Source: an uncultured Candidatus Peribacteria bacterium
GTDB lineage: Bacteria; Patescibacteriota; Gracilibacteria; Peribacterales; Peribacteraceae
Direction of reading: 5' to 3'
Length of the DNA: 40,823 nucleotides
Assembly (NCBI GenBank): GCA_964541635.1
Contig: CAZIQM010000003.1
Location: 1 to 40,823, forward strand
Part shown: positions 24,726 through 35,156 of the stretch, piece after piece
How the letters are laid out: the number at the start of each line of letters is the position of its first letter
How positions within the stretch are numbered: position 1 is the first letter of the stretch
Notes under the pieces: generated by a model
What the model saw: the letters and a program-made list of their open reading frames with translations, nothing else
The model's database searches: none
What the model was told of the DNA's origin: nothing
Translations under genes and position numbers: made by a program

Positions 24726-25322
24726 TCAGCGCGTCGCGAGGAACCCGTCGACGATCCCGGCTATGCGGGCGGCGACGGGGGCGATGTCGCCCGAGGTGTC
24801 GACGAGCACGTAATCGGGATGTTCCTGCATCCGGCGCGCGTACGCGGCATGGACTTTCTTTTGGAGGCTGTCGCTTTCGAGCAGGTCGCGGTCGCGGATG
24901 CCCAGGCGCTCCGCGCACACCTCGAACGGCGGCATGAGGACGAGCATGAGGTCCGGCACGACGAAGGTCGAGTTCATGTTTTCCAACCAGGGGAGGTCGA
25001 GACCCAGCGCTTCGCCGTAGACGAACGTCGAGAGGTGGCACCGTTCGCCGACCACGTTCTTGCCGCTTTCGAGGGCGGGGCGGACGACCTTCGCCATGTG
25101 CCACGCGCGGTCGGCGGAATAGAGCATCTGGAGCGCGTCCGGCGGGATGCCTTTCCCCCGCAGTTCCGCGCGGATCGTCGTGCCGATGGGGCCGGTCGTC
25201 GGTTCTGCCGTTTGCACGAATTCCACGCCGCGCTCGGCGAGGTGTTCGCACAGGAGTTTCGCATGGGTCGTGGAACCCCCTCCGTCGGGGCCTTCGAGGA
25301 CGATATAGGCTGGTTTTGGCAT
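24726..25322 (-). CDS. tmk: Thymidylate kinase-like protein with a non-canonical P-loop
   Basis: YIVLEGPDGGGSTTH, EPTTGPIG, SADRAWH, GERCHLSTFVYG, PDLMLVL all align with Tmk blocks. The Walker A Lys is replaced by Ser. Confidence 0.75.
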   Translation of the reverse strand: MPKPAYIVLEGPDGGGSTTHAKLLCEHLAERGVEFVQTAEPTTGPIGTTIRAELRGKGIPPDALQMLYSADRAWHMAKVVRPALESGKNVVGERCHLSTFVYGEALGLDLPWLENMNSTFVVPDLMLVLMPPFEVCAERLGIRDRDLLESDSLQKKVHAAYARRMQEHPDYVLVDTSGDIAPVAARIAGIVDGFLATR

Positions 25323-25365
25323 GCCTCGCCATCATAGCCGTTTTCTGCTATACTCAGAAGATTTC

Positions 25366-27921
<2,556 letters not shown>

Positions 27922-27939
27922 TTTATTTCCCTCCAGTTT

Positions 27940-30246
27940 ATGCGGTATTCCTTCTCTACCCGTGCTTGGCTCGCACTCGCGGTCCTCGCGCTCTCGCTCC
28001 CCGTCGGCTTCGCCGGCCTTGGCCAGCTTTTGACGCCGACGCCGATCGTCATCGACGACGGCGCCTCCGCGCCCGCGTTCCAGACCACGGGAACGTGGGT
28101 ATCGCTCCCGATAGGCAATGCCGAACGCTCTTCCTTGCGCTACAGCAGCAAGGGCACGGCCACGTGGACCGCTTCCGTGGCGCCGGGCACCTACGCGGTC
28201 GACGTGTCGGTTCCTCCGCTGCTTCGCGTCGTGCAGCAAACGTATTCCGTGACGGACGGAAGCTCCGTCATCGGCACGTTCATCGTTCCCCGCTACGTGC
28301 CGGGCGATAAGAAGGCGCAGTCGAATTGGATTTCCGGCGTGACCGTGTCGACCGCGAACGGCACCATCGCCGTGACGCTCTCCGTGTCCGCAGGCATCGG
28401 CGTCGCCGATGCCGTCAGGATCACCCCCGTCGCAGGAACTTCCTCGTCTTCCTCCTCGTCGTCGTCCGCGCCCGTCTGCGGCAACAACGAAGTGGAAGGC
28501 CAGGAACAGTGTGACTTCGGCGCGATGAACGGGCAGCCCTGCATGGCTCCCGCCGGCGTGTCGTGCACGTATTGTTCCGCGTCCTGCACGCGAGTCGTCG
28601 TCGACGGAGTCCGCCCCTGGTCCGGCTCTAGCTCGTCACCGGCGCCGGCATGCGGCAATGGCATCGTGGAAGGCCAAGAACAGTGCGACGACGGCGTCGC
28701 GAACGGCACGATGTGTGAATCGGTGATCGGTGGTTCCTGCAGCTATTGTTCCGCGTCGTGCACGCGCGTCATGGTAGGCGGTCGGAGTTCCTCCTCGTCT
28801 TCCGTCTCCTCGTCCGTTTCTTCTTCTTCTTCTTCTTCTTCTTCTTCTTCGTTCGTTTCCTCCTCGTCGTCTTCGATCGCGGGAACGTGCTCGGACGGCA
28901 TCGACAACGACGCCGACGGTGGCGCCGATGTTGCGTCCCTGACGCAGGCGGCTCCGACGGGATCCAAACACCGCAGCACGTTCGTGTCGCGTGATGCATT
29001 CAAGGGCGTTTCGTACATCATGTACCAGGACGAATCGAACGCCGCCCAGACCATCGAGGCGCGCGACGCGAGCAATTCGCTCGTCGCTTCCAAAACGTTC
29101 GATACCACAACCGTGCGGCGCGACGTGTTCGGCTCGCCCGCGATCGACTCGTGGACCCGGATGTTCACGAAACCGTACTATTCCGATTTCACGACGGCGA
29201 ACGCTGACGCCGTGTTCGGGCTCGTCGCCGACAGCACAGTGGCCACCGTCGCGGTCGGCACGGCGGGCACACCGGCGTCTCGCACGGTCAAAGAGTCGAA
29301 AGTCGTACGCTATTCCTCCGACTTGTCGAAGATTGAGGCCGTCCTTTCTACGGGTACGGATCGTTTCCCACATGGTCGCATGTTCGCCACGCCTGACGGC
29401 ACATCGCTCGTGTTGTTCGCGGTCGGCACCGTCAAGCGCATGGAGGTGCCAAATGCCGCGAATGAGTATTCATCGCCGTTCATCCTCGTGATCGATGCCG
29501 CCACCTTCGCGGTGAAGGCCCGTTATGCGGTCGATACGCCCGACATGGCGATCCCGTATCCGTTGTACGTCGGGAACGACAAAGTCGTGTTCGCGCTCAA
29601 CCGCATCAAACAGCCTTTCTACAGCGTCGGCATCTTCGCGAACGCCGAACGCCTGCCCGTCCAGATCGTCGAGTTCATTCCGTCGACGGGCGCCGCTCGC
29701 ACCGTTGACCAGGGCTATAACATCGTCGTGGGCGTCCCGGGCGATCCTCGCGCCCTCTCCGATGGATCCTTTGCGTACCTGACGGTCGCGCAGGAAACAA
29801 AGCAGCCCAACGGACAAAAGACGCAGGTGCCGTATCTCGCCAAGATCGACGTGTCCACGCTTTTGACCGCTGGCGCCGTTCGGCTGCCCTCGGATTACGG
29901 ATTTGGCACGAGGATCATCAAGCTCCTGCCCAACGGATACCTCGCGACGCTCCGCACGCGCCTCGTCGCGCAATCGAACACGCTCGACGAGGAAGTCGTG
30001 CTCTATAAGGCATCGGGTATTTCCGGCATCGTCGCGGAGCAGGCGGCGACTGTTGCCGAAGGAATCATGATGCGATCGCCCGATGCACTTTTCGTTCGCA
30101 CGAACAACGCCGTGCCGCGCAGTCAGCACATGAGTTTCGATCAGACGACCGGAACGTTCTATGACTTCGACGGAGTCAACTTCTCGATGCTCGTCCGAAC
30201 GTTGCGGTCCGATGCGCAGTGCGTCTCGGCCGCGACGCCCGAATGA
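27940..30246 (+). CDS. Secreted mosaic protein: golvesin-C-like N-domain, 2 Cys-rich repeats, poly-Ser linkers, a DNDxDG motif, and a large beta-rich C-terminal domain
   Basis: Signal peptide MRYSFSTRAWLALAVLALSLPVGFAG. N-domain ending GVADAVRITPV. Repeats CGNNEVEGQEQCDFG...CTYCSASCTRV and CGNGIVEGQEQCDDG...CSYCSASCTRV. GTCSDGIDNDADGGAD. About 420 aa of C-terminal domain. Confidence 0.75.
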   Translation: MRYSFSTRAWLALAVLALSLPVGFAGLGQLLTPTPIVIDDGASAPAFQTTGTWVSLPIGNAERSSLRYSSKGTATWTASVAPGTYAVDVSVPPLLRVVQQTYSVTDGSSVIGTFIVPRYVPGDKKAQSNWISGVTVSTANGTIAVTLSVSAGIGVADAVRITPVAGTSSSSSSSSSAPVCGNNEVEGQEQCDFGAMNGQPCMAPAGVSCTYCSASCTRVVVDGVRPWSGSSSSPAPACGNGIVEGQEQCDDGVANGTMCESVIGGSCSYCSASCTRVMVGGRSSSSSSVSSSVSSSSSSSSSSSFVSSSSSSIAGTCSDGIDNDADGGADVASLTQAAPTGSKHRSTFVSRDAFKGVSYIMYQDESNAAQTIEARDASNSLVASKTFDTTTVRRDVFGSPAIDSWTRMFTKPYYSDFTTANADAVFGLVADSTVATVAVGTAGTPASRTVKESKVVRYSSDLSKIEAVLSTGTDRFPHGRMFATPDGTSLVLFAVGTVKRMEVPNAANEYSSPFILVIDAATFAVKARYAVDTPDMAIPYPLYVGNDKVVFALNRIKQPFYSVGIFANAERLPVQIVEFIPSTGAARTVDQGYNIVVGVPGDPRALSDGSFAYLTVAQETKQPNGQKTQVPYLAKIDVSTLLTAGAVRLPSDYGFGTRIIKLLPNGYLATLRTRLVAQSNTLDEEVVLYKASGISGIVAEQAATVAEGIMMRSPDALFVRTNNAVPRSQHMSFDQTTGTFYDFDGVNFSMLVRTLRSDAQCVSAATPE
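28818..28850 (+). repeat. Perfect (TTC)11 trinucleotide microsatellite, read as TCT = Ser in frame
   Basis: ttc x 11 read directly at 28818-28850, inside the poly-Ser linker of the 27940..30246 gene. Confidence 0.95.
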
Positions 30247-30271
30247 CGCCGACGTGACTATCGCAACGCCA

Positions 30272-30303
30272 AAACGCCGGTCCTTGGGATCGGCGTTTTC
30301 TTA
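30272..30303 (+). terminator. Rho-independent terminator of the 27940..30246 gene
   Basis: AAACGCCG (30272-30279), an 11-nt loop, CGGCGTTT (30291-30298), then a T-rich tail TTTCTTAT. Confidence 0.6.
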
Positions 30304-30326
30304 TCCCGCGCGTGCTCGGGGAGCGG

Positions 30327-30354
30327 TTGACGGAATCGCGAACCGGTGAATAAT
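30327..30354 (+). promoter_or_regulatory. Sigma70-like promoter for the 30421..30888 gene
   Basis: TTGACG (30327-30332), a 16-nt spacer, AATAAT (30349-30354); about 65 nt upstream of a GGAGG-preceded ATG. Confidence 0.35.
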
Positions 30355-30420
30355 GCCCGGGTCTTTTCGCCGCCGTGGCGGAAGGAAGCGTATCAGCCTT
30401 GTTCATTTCAGGAGGATGGC

Positions 30421-30888
30421 ATGAATGCCAAGCTCAATGCCCTCGGATTGCAGGCGCTGCGGTCCGAGGTGGTCGTCAAGCAACTGTTGCCCGACGATTT
30501 GCCGCTCGAGCAGCTGCTCGCCGTCGCGGTGCTCTCCGCGGCCAACGCGAAGATGCGGTTGGAACGACGGAAGCAGATCGAAGAGAAGGGGCGCGAAGAC
30601 ATTCTTCCGCACTACTTCTTCCACTTTCCGCCGGACGTCGTCGCGCAATCCGTGTTGAACCTCGTCGTGTGCGCGTACCAGAACGTCGGGTGGACTCACA
30701 CGCGGATCGTCGGCACCACGCTCGTGATCGCGCGCGAACCCTACGCGGTTCCCGTGGGCCGGGGCGGGGAAGTCCAATTGGATTTCCTTTCCGGGTCCCC
30801 CGCAGAAGCCGTCGACGATTACCTCGTCGGGCACCATGGCGGAGGGTACTCCGCCCAGCAGTCGGTCGCCGCGGCGCCGGGAAGCTGA
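30421..30888 (+). CDS. Hypothetical protein
   Basis: Start trimmed to ATG 30421, preceded by GGAGG (30411-30415, 5-nt spacing). 155 aa with good GC3. I recognise no family. Confidence 0.55.
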   Translation: MNAKLNALGLQALRSEVVVKQLLPDDLPLEQLLAVAVLSAANAKMRLERRKQIEEKGREDILPHYFFHFPPDVVAQSVLNLVVCAYQNVGWTHTRIVGTTLVIAREPYAVPVGRGGEVQLDFLSGSPAEAVDDYLVGHHGGGYSAQQSVAAAPGS

Positions 30889-30965
30889 TGGGAGCACGCC
30901 TCCTGGAAACCATCGCCGCCCAGTCCTCGCGAGGGGATTGGGCGGCAACCATGCTTGACGGCTAC

Positions 30966-30993
30966 TTGACAAAAACATCATTTAACATATGAT
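30966..30993 (+). promoter_or_regulatory. Strong sigma70-like promoter of the small-ORF unit
   Basis: Consensus TTGACA (30966-30971), a 16-nt spacer, TATGAT (30988-30993), in an AT-rich patch. Confidence 0.5.
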
Positions 30994-31062
30994 AAGGGCA
31001 CCCTCCAGCGAGATGATCGCTGAGTCAGGGATGACGATTTTTCCACCCATAGGAGCATTGCC

Positions 31063-31254
31063 ATGATTCGGCACATGCGCGACGAGACGCAGCGGACCCA
31101 GAACCAGTTGATGCACGGAGCCGCCTCGGCGCCCCCGCCCCCGGCTCCCAAGCCGGACAAAGGCGGAGGAGCCAAAGGCAAATCCCGCATCACCCCCGGT
31201 CCCTTCGGGAACCGCAGCGCCTTCTCGCCTCGGACGTCCAACGCCCCCTACTAG
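31063..31254 (+). CDS. Small Pro/Gly/Lys-rich hypothetical protein (63 aa)
   Basis: ATG preceded by AGGAG (31051-31055, 7-nt spacing). G/C-rich third positions. Bracketed by the promoter at 30966 and the terminator at 31285. Sequence MIRHMRDETQRTQNQLMHGAASAPPPPAPKPDKGGGAKGKSRITPGPFGNRSAFSPRTSNAPY. Confidence 0.45.
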   Translation: MIRHMRDETQRTQNQLMHGAASAPPPPAPKPDKGGGAKGKSRITPGPFGNRSAFSPRTSNAPY

Positions 31255-31284
31255 GGAGCACGCGGATGCCCACGATCGTCACCG

Positions 31285-31332
31285 CCGCCCGGACCCCACG
31301 CATTCAGATGCATGGGGACTGGGCGGTTTTTT
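31285..31332 (+). terminator. Rho-independent terminator of the small-ORF unit
   Basis: CCGCCC-GG-ACCCCA ... TGGGG-ACT-GGGCGG, an interrupted stem with an inner GCAT/ATGC helix, followed by TTTTTT (31327-31332). Confidence 0.6.
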
Positions 31333-31835
31333 AACCCGTGGGAAAACCAAGGTTTCCCCACGAACCCCATCCTTCGAGGAGCGCTCAGTTTCGGCAAAGC
31401 CTTACTTCGCGCGATCCGCTCGGCAAGCTCGCGGTAGTTTGTCGCTACGGCAAAGCCTCCGCGTTTATAATTATGGCTTGCAAATAAATTGTTAAATTTA
31501 AATGAATCCATACTATTTATATCGTCATCATAAAGAACCCCCGCCATTTCTGACGGGGGTAAGCGATGATGAGCATTGGGAGAGGAATTTATTTCTTCTT
31601 CCCTTTGCTTGTGCGCGGATTGCTCCGTGCGTGGCCATGAACAGTTTCCCACTTACCGTTTCGTTTTCTGCGGTACTTGGGAATCCTGTTATATTTTTGA
31701 CCCTTTTTTGTTTCGGCCATAAAAATATAAATTTACGATGGGGCGGCCAAAACCGCTGGGGATAAAACACCGCCAGAGGGAATGCACATACATGCCCTCT
31801 CTCCGAATGTGTTATCTGTGTTTTAAATGAGCGAT

Positions 31836-31860
31836 ACAAAAACCCCCGCTTGCGCGGGGG
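31836..31860 (-). terminator. Rho-independent terminator of groES-groEL
   Basis: On the minus strand, CCCCCGC-GCAA-GCGGGGG (7-bp GC stem, GNRA loop) followed by TTTTTGT, starting 8 nt after the groEL stop. Confidence 0.85.
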
Positions 31861-31867
31861 TGAGTGA

Positions 31868-33502
31868 TCAGAAGTCCATGCCGCCGCCCATGCCTCCCGG
31901 AGGCATCGAGGGTTCGTCTTTCTTCGGGATGTCCGTGACGGCCACTTCGAGCGTCAGGAACATCGCCGCGACGGAGACCGCATTCTCAAGCGCGGAGCGC
32001 GTGACCTTCTTGGGGTCGATGACCATGTCCTTCGTGAGGTCGCCGTAGGTGTCGGTCAGGGCGTTGTAGCCGAAGCCGTCCTTGCCCTCCTTCACCTTCG
32101 AGACCACCACGTCGCCCGCGATGCCAGCGTTCTCGGCGATGTTCTTCGCGGGGGCCGTGAGCGAGTTCATGACGATCTGGATGCCGATCTGCTCGTCTTT
32201 GTTCTTCGTGGCCTTCAGGAGCTTCTCGAGCGATTCGAGCGAGCGGATGTAGGCCGTGCCGCCGCCGGGGACGATGCCTTCCTCCGCGGCCGCGCGGGTG
32301 GCGGAAAGGGCGTCTTCCACGCGGTGCTGCTTTTCCTTCTGCTCGACTTCCGTCGCGGCACCGACCTTGATGACGGCTACGCCGCCGGTCAGCTTCGCGA
32401 GGCGTTCCTGGAGCTTCTCGCGGTCGAAGTCGCTCTTGATGTTCTCGATCTGCGCCTTGATCTCGTTCACGCGGGCGGCGATCTCCTTTTTGTCGCCGTT
32501 GCCGTCCACGACGAGCGTCGCGTCCTTCGTCGAGACGATCTTGCGCGCCTGGCCGAGGTCGGCGAGGGTCGTCGATTCGAGCTTCAAGCCCACTTCCTCG
32601 CTGATCACACGCCCGCCGGTGAGGGCGGCGATGTCCTTCAGGATCTCCTTGCGGCGGTCGCCGAAGGCCGGGGCCTTCACCGCGAGCGCGCTGAACGTGC
32701 CGCGGATCTTGTTGAGGATGAGCGTCGCGAGCGCTTCGCCTTCGATCGACTCGCAGATGATGACGATTTCCTTGCGGCCTTTCTGCGCGACCTGCTCGAG
32801 GACCGGGAGGATTTCCTGGATGCTCGAGATCTTCTTGTCGGTGATGAGGATGAACGGCTTGTCGTACACAGCCTCCATGCGGGCGGCGTCCGTGACGAAG
32901 TCGGGCGAGATGTAGCCCTGGTCGAATTGCATGCCTTCGACGAACTCCTTCTCGATGCCGAGCGTCTGGCCGGCTTCGACCGTCACGACGCCGTCCTTGC
33001 CGACTTCGTCGATGACCTCGGCGATCATGTCGCCGATTTCGCTGTCCTGGGCCGAAATCGTGGCCACCGCGGCGAACTCGGATTTCTTCGTGACGTCCTT
33101 CTTCAGCTTTTCGAGGAACGCCGAGACGTCGGCGGTCGCCATCTCCATGCCCTTCTTGATGAGGATCGGGTTGCTGCCGGACTTCAGGTGCTTGAGGCCT
33201 TCTTCCATCATCGCGTGCGCCAACACCGTCGCAGTCGTCGTTCCGTCGCCCGCGGCGTCGTTCGTCTTCGTGGCGGCTTCCTTCACGAGCTGTGCGCCCA
33301 TGTTCTCGAACGGATCCTCGAGTTCGATTTCCTTCGCGACGGTGACGCCGTCCTTCGTGACGGTCGGGCCGCCGTACTTTTTATCCAGCACGACGTTGCG
33401 GCCCTTGGGGCCCATCGTGGCGCGGACCGCCGCGGCGAGGATCGAGACGCCCGAGAGGATCTTCTGGCGAGCTTTGTCGCCGGTGAGGAGTTGCTTGGCC
33501 AT
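31868..33502 (-). CDS. groL: Chaperonin GroEL (60 kDa)
   Basis: Full-length GroEL: [40 protein letters not shown]-terminal [11 protein letters not shown]. Confidence 0.97.
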   Translation of the reverse strand: MAKQLLTGDKARQKILSGVSILAAAVRATMGPKGRNVVLDKKYGGPTVTKDGVTVAKEIELEDPFENMGAQLVKEAATKTNDAAGDGTTTATVLAHAMMEEGLKHLKSGSNPILIKKGMEMATADVSAFLEKLKKDVTKKSEFAAVATISAQDSEIGDMIAEVIDEVGKDGVVTVEAGQTLGIEKEFVEGMQFDQGYISPDFVTDAARMEAVYDKPFILITDKKISSIQEILPVLEQVAQKGRKEIVIICESIEGEALATLILNKIRGTFSALAVKAPAFGDRRKEILKDIAALTGGRVISEEVGLKLESTTLADLGQARKIVSTKDATLVVDGNGDKKEIAARVNEIKAQIENIKSDFDREKLQERLAKLTGGVAVIKVGAATEVEQKEKQHRVEDALSATRAAAEEGIVPGGGTAYIRSLESLEKLLKATKNKDEQIGIQIVMNSLTAPAKNIAENAGIAGDVVVSKVKEGKDGFGYNALTDTYGDLTKDMVIDPKKVTRSALENAVSVAAMFLTLEVAVTDIPKKDEPSMPPGGMGGGMDF

Positions 33503-33536
33503 AAGGAAAAGAGGGGAGTGGTGAGTGGAAAGGGGA

Positions 33537-33866
33537 TTACTTCACGAGGCCGAGGACCGAATCGAGGTGGAGGATTTTCACTTCGACGTCCTTGCCGTCC
33601 TTGTCCTTGAGCTTCACTTCGTCGCCGGCGTACTTGCCGAAGAGCACCTTGTCGCCGACCTTGAGGAATTTCGACGGGTCGACTTTGTCTTCGCCGATGC
33701 CGCCCTTGCCGAGTGCGAGGACGACTCCTTGCTGGGGCTTCTCGCCCTTGGCCGTGTCGGGGATCACGATGCCGGAGGCGGTGACCTGTTCGGCTTCGAG
33801 CGGCATGACGACCACGCGGTCGCCGAGGGGTTCGATCGAGACGGACAATTTCGGTACGGAAGACAT
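33537..33866 (-). CDS. groS: Co-chaperonin GroES
   Basis: Start trimmed to ATG 33866. [45 protein letters not shown] ... [16 protein letters not shown]. 34 nt upstream of groEL. Confidence 0.92.
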   Translation of the reverse strand: MSSVPKLSVSIEPLGDRVVVMPLEAEQVTASGIVIPDTAKGEKPQQGVVLALGKGGIGEDKVDPSKFLKVGDKVLFGKYAGDEVKLKDKDGKDVEVKILHLDSVLGLVK

Positions 33867-33912
33867 AGAAAGGAAAGGGAAATGGTTGAGGGAAAGCGGT
33901 GTTACCCCCATG

Positions 33913-33939
33913 TTATCACTCAAACGGCCCGAGTGCTAG
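33913..33939. promoter_or_regulatory. CIRCE (HrcA operator) inverted repeat upstream of groES
   Basis: TTATCACTC-N9-GAGTGCTAG compared with the consensus TTAGCACTC-N9-GAGTGCTAA (2 mismatches), 47 nt upstream of the groES start. Confidence 0.8.
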
Positions 33940-33989
33940 ACCGACACGTTGATTGAATTCACAAATGATGTCCCGTATAACGGAAAGCC

Positions 33990-34229
33990 ATGGTCCGACC
34001 CATCGTCAGCATCGGCCTCGCGCTCGCCATCGCCCTCACTCCGTCCGTGGCCTTCGCGCAAAACTCGTCGCGCCACGCCACGTTCCTCGAGATGTTCCCG
34101 CGCGAGCAGATGACCTGCGGCAACAAAGGGTGGACGTTCCCGGGGTTGCTCAACGGCCACGTGCCGCTGTACGCGTGCGTCTTGAAGTTCAAGAACAACG
34201 CGGGCGTCAGTCCGTTCGGGCCGCTGTGA
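33990..34229 (+). CDS. Small secreted protein (79 aa, 2 Cys)
   Basis: Signal peptide MVRPIVSIGLALAIALTPSVAFA/Q, strong GC3, mature part of about 55 aa with two Cys. Confidence 0.55.
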   Translation: MVRPIVSIGLALAIALTPSVAFAQNSSRHATFLEMFPREQMTCGNKGWTFPGLLNGHVPLYACVLKFKNNAGVSPFGPL

Positions 34230-34232
34230 ACG

Positions 34233-35156
34233 TCACGCCGCCTCCCGCACGAGCAACGCCGCCAGCATGTCGTGGTACTGCTCGAATTCCGGCACGCCGC
34301 CGTGTTCGATGAGTCCCGGGGGCGCGTTCAACTCGATGACGTACCACCGTCCGTTTTTGCCGCGGCACATGTCGATCGAATAGATGCGCGAGGGGAACCG
34401 CGCGAACTTCGCGTCGACCGCCCGCGCGAGGGCGAGCTCCTCGGGCGGGATCTTGTCCTTCGGGATCGGGAAGTACGACCCGCCGAGCGACACGTTACTC
34501 ACGAGCGAGCCTTTTTTCGGGATCTTGTATTCGCAGTAGGAAAATTCCCCGCCCACCACGACGAGCCGCGAGTCGTGCGTGCCTTTCATGATGCCGGGAA
34601 TGCCGTCGGACGTGTCGATGAATTCCTGGAGGAGCAGGGGATAGGCGTGGTTGTGCGAGAGCACCGTCGCGCGCGGCCCGATGATCACGTCGCGCCCGAG
34701 CGCGCCGTGCGGCGGCTTCGCCACCACGAAGTCCGACGGGATTTCGCCGATGCGCCGTTCGAGCTCTTGTTTCGAGGACACGAGGATCGCGCGGGGCATG
34801 ACGTCGGCGAGGATGTCTTGCGTGAGTTCCTTCTTGAAGCAGATCTCGTCGAACGCGGGATCGTTGATCACGCCGTCGAAATCGTCGAAGTGGAGGTCTT
34901 CGCCCTTGTTCAGCAGGACGTCCGGTTCGAGGATGTCGTTTTTCCCGGCGAAATCCGCGCCGTCCAATTCCCAGTACTTCGAGAACCGGCCTTTGCCGAG
35001 GTACGTCGTGGGGCCGCGCGCGATGCAGAAACGCGCCCCCAGCGCCGCGACCTTCGCCGCGAGCTCGCGGTAGGAACGCGCGTACTCGCCGCCGTTCTCG
35101 ACGAACGGCGCCCCGTCGGGTTCGGGATCGGTGAAGTAGACGGCGACGGTCTTCAT
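34233..35156 (-). CDS. ATP-grasp ligase family protein (paralog A; RimK/YheC-D-like)
   Basis: 307 aa. ATP-grasp core pattern: FVVAKPPHGALGRDVII, YPLLLQEFIDTSDGIPGI, HDSRLVVVGGEF, KGSLVSNVSLGGS, YSIDMCRGKNGRWYVIELNAPPGL. Confidence 0.7.
   Translation of the reverse strand: MKTVAVYFTDPEPDGAPFVENGGEYARSYRELAAKVAALGARFCIARGPTTYLGKGRFSKYWELDGADFAGKNDILEPDVLLNKGEDLHFDDFDGVINDPAFDEICFKKELTQDILADVMPRAILVSSKQELERRIGEIPSDFVVAKPPHGALGRDVIIGPRATVLSHNHAYPLLLQEFIDTSDGIPGIMKGTHDSRLVVVGGEFSYCEYKIPKKGSLVSNVSLGGSYFPIPKDKIPPEELALARAVDAKFARFPSRIYSIDMCRGKNGRWYVIELNAPPGLIEHGGVPEFEQYHDMLAALLVREAA

Noticed and set aside
31251-31652. A 133-aa minus-strand ORF, and a 103-aa minus-strand ORF (31528..31839), in the groEL-downstream spacer.
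   Set aside because: They show mixed, non-genome-like codon usage, cross strong hairpins and the terminator of the small-ORF unit, and have no start context. They are likely spurious, though a decayed gene cannot be excluded.
31255-31860. A possible tmRNA, RNase P RNA, SRP (4.5S) RNA or extra tRNA in the AT-rich spacer.
   Set aside because: I could not find the diagnostic strings on either strand: GGGG...tag ORF ending in a hydrophobic tail...TCCACCA; GAGGAAAGTCCGG / ACAGAACCCGGCTTA; GGAAGGAAGCAGC; GGTTCGAATCC with a matching acceptor. The region is kept only as an unclassified structured region.
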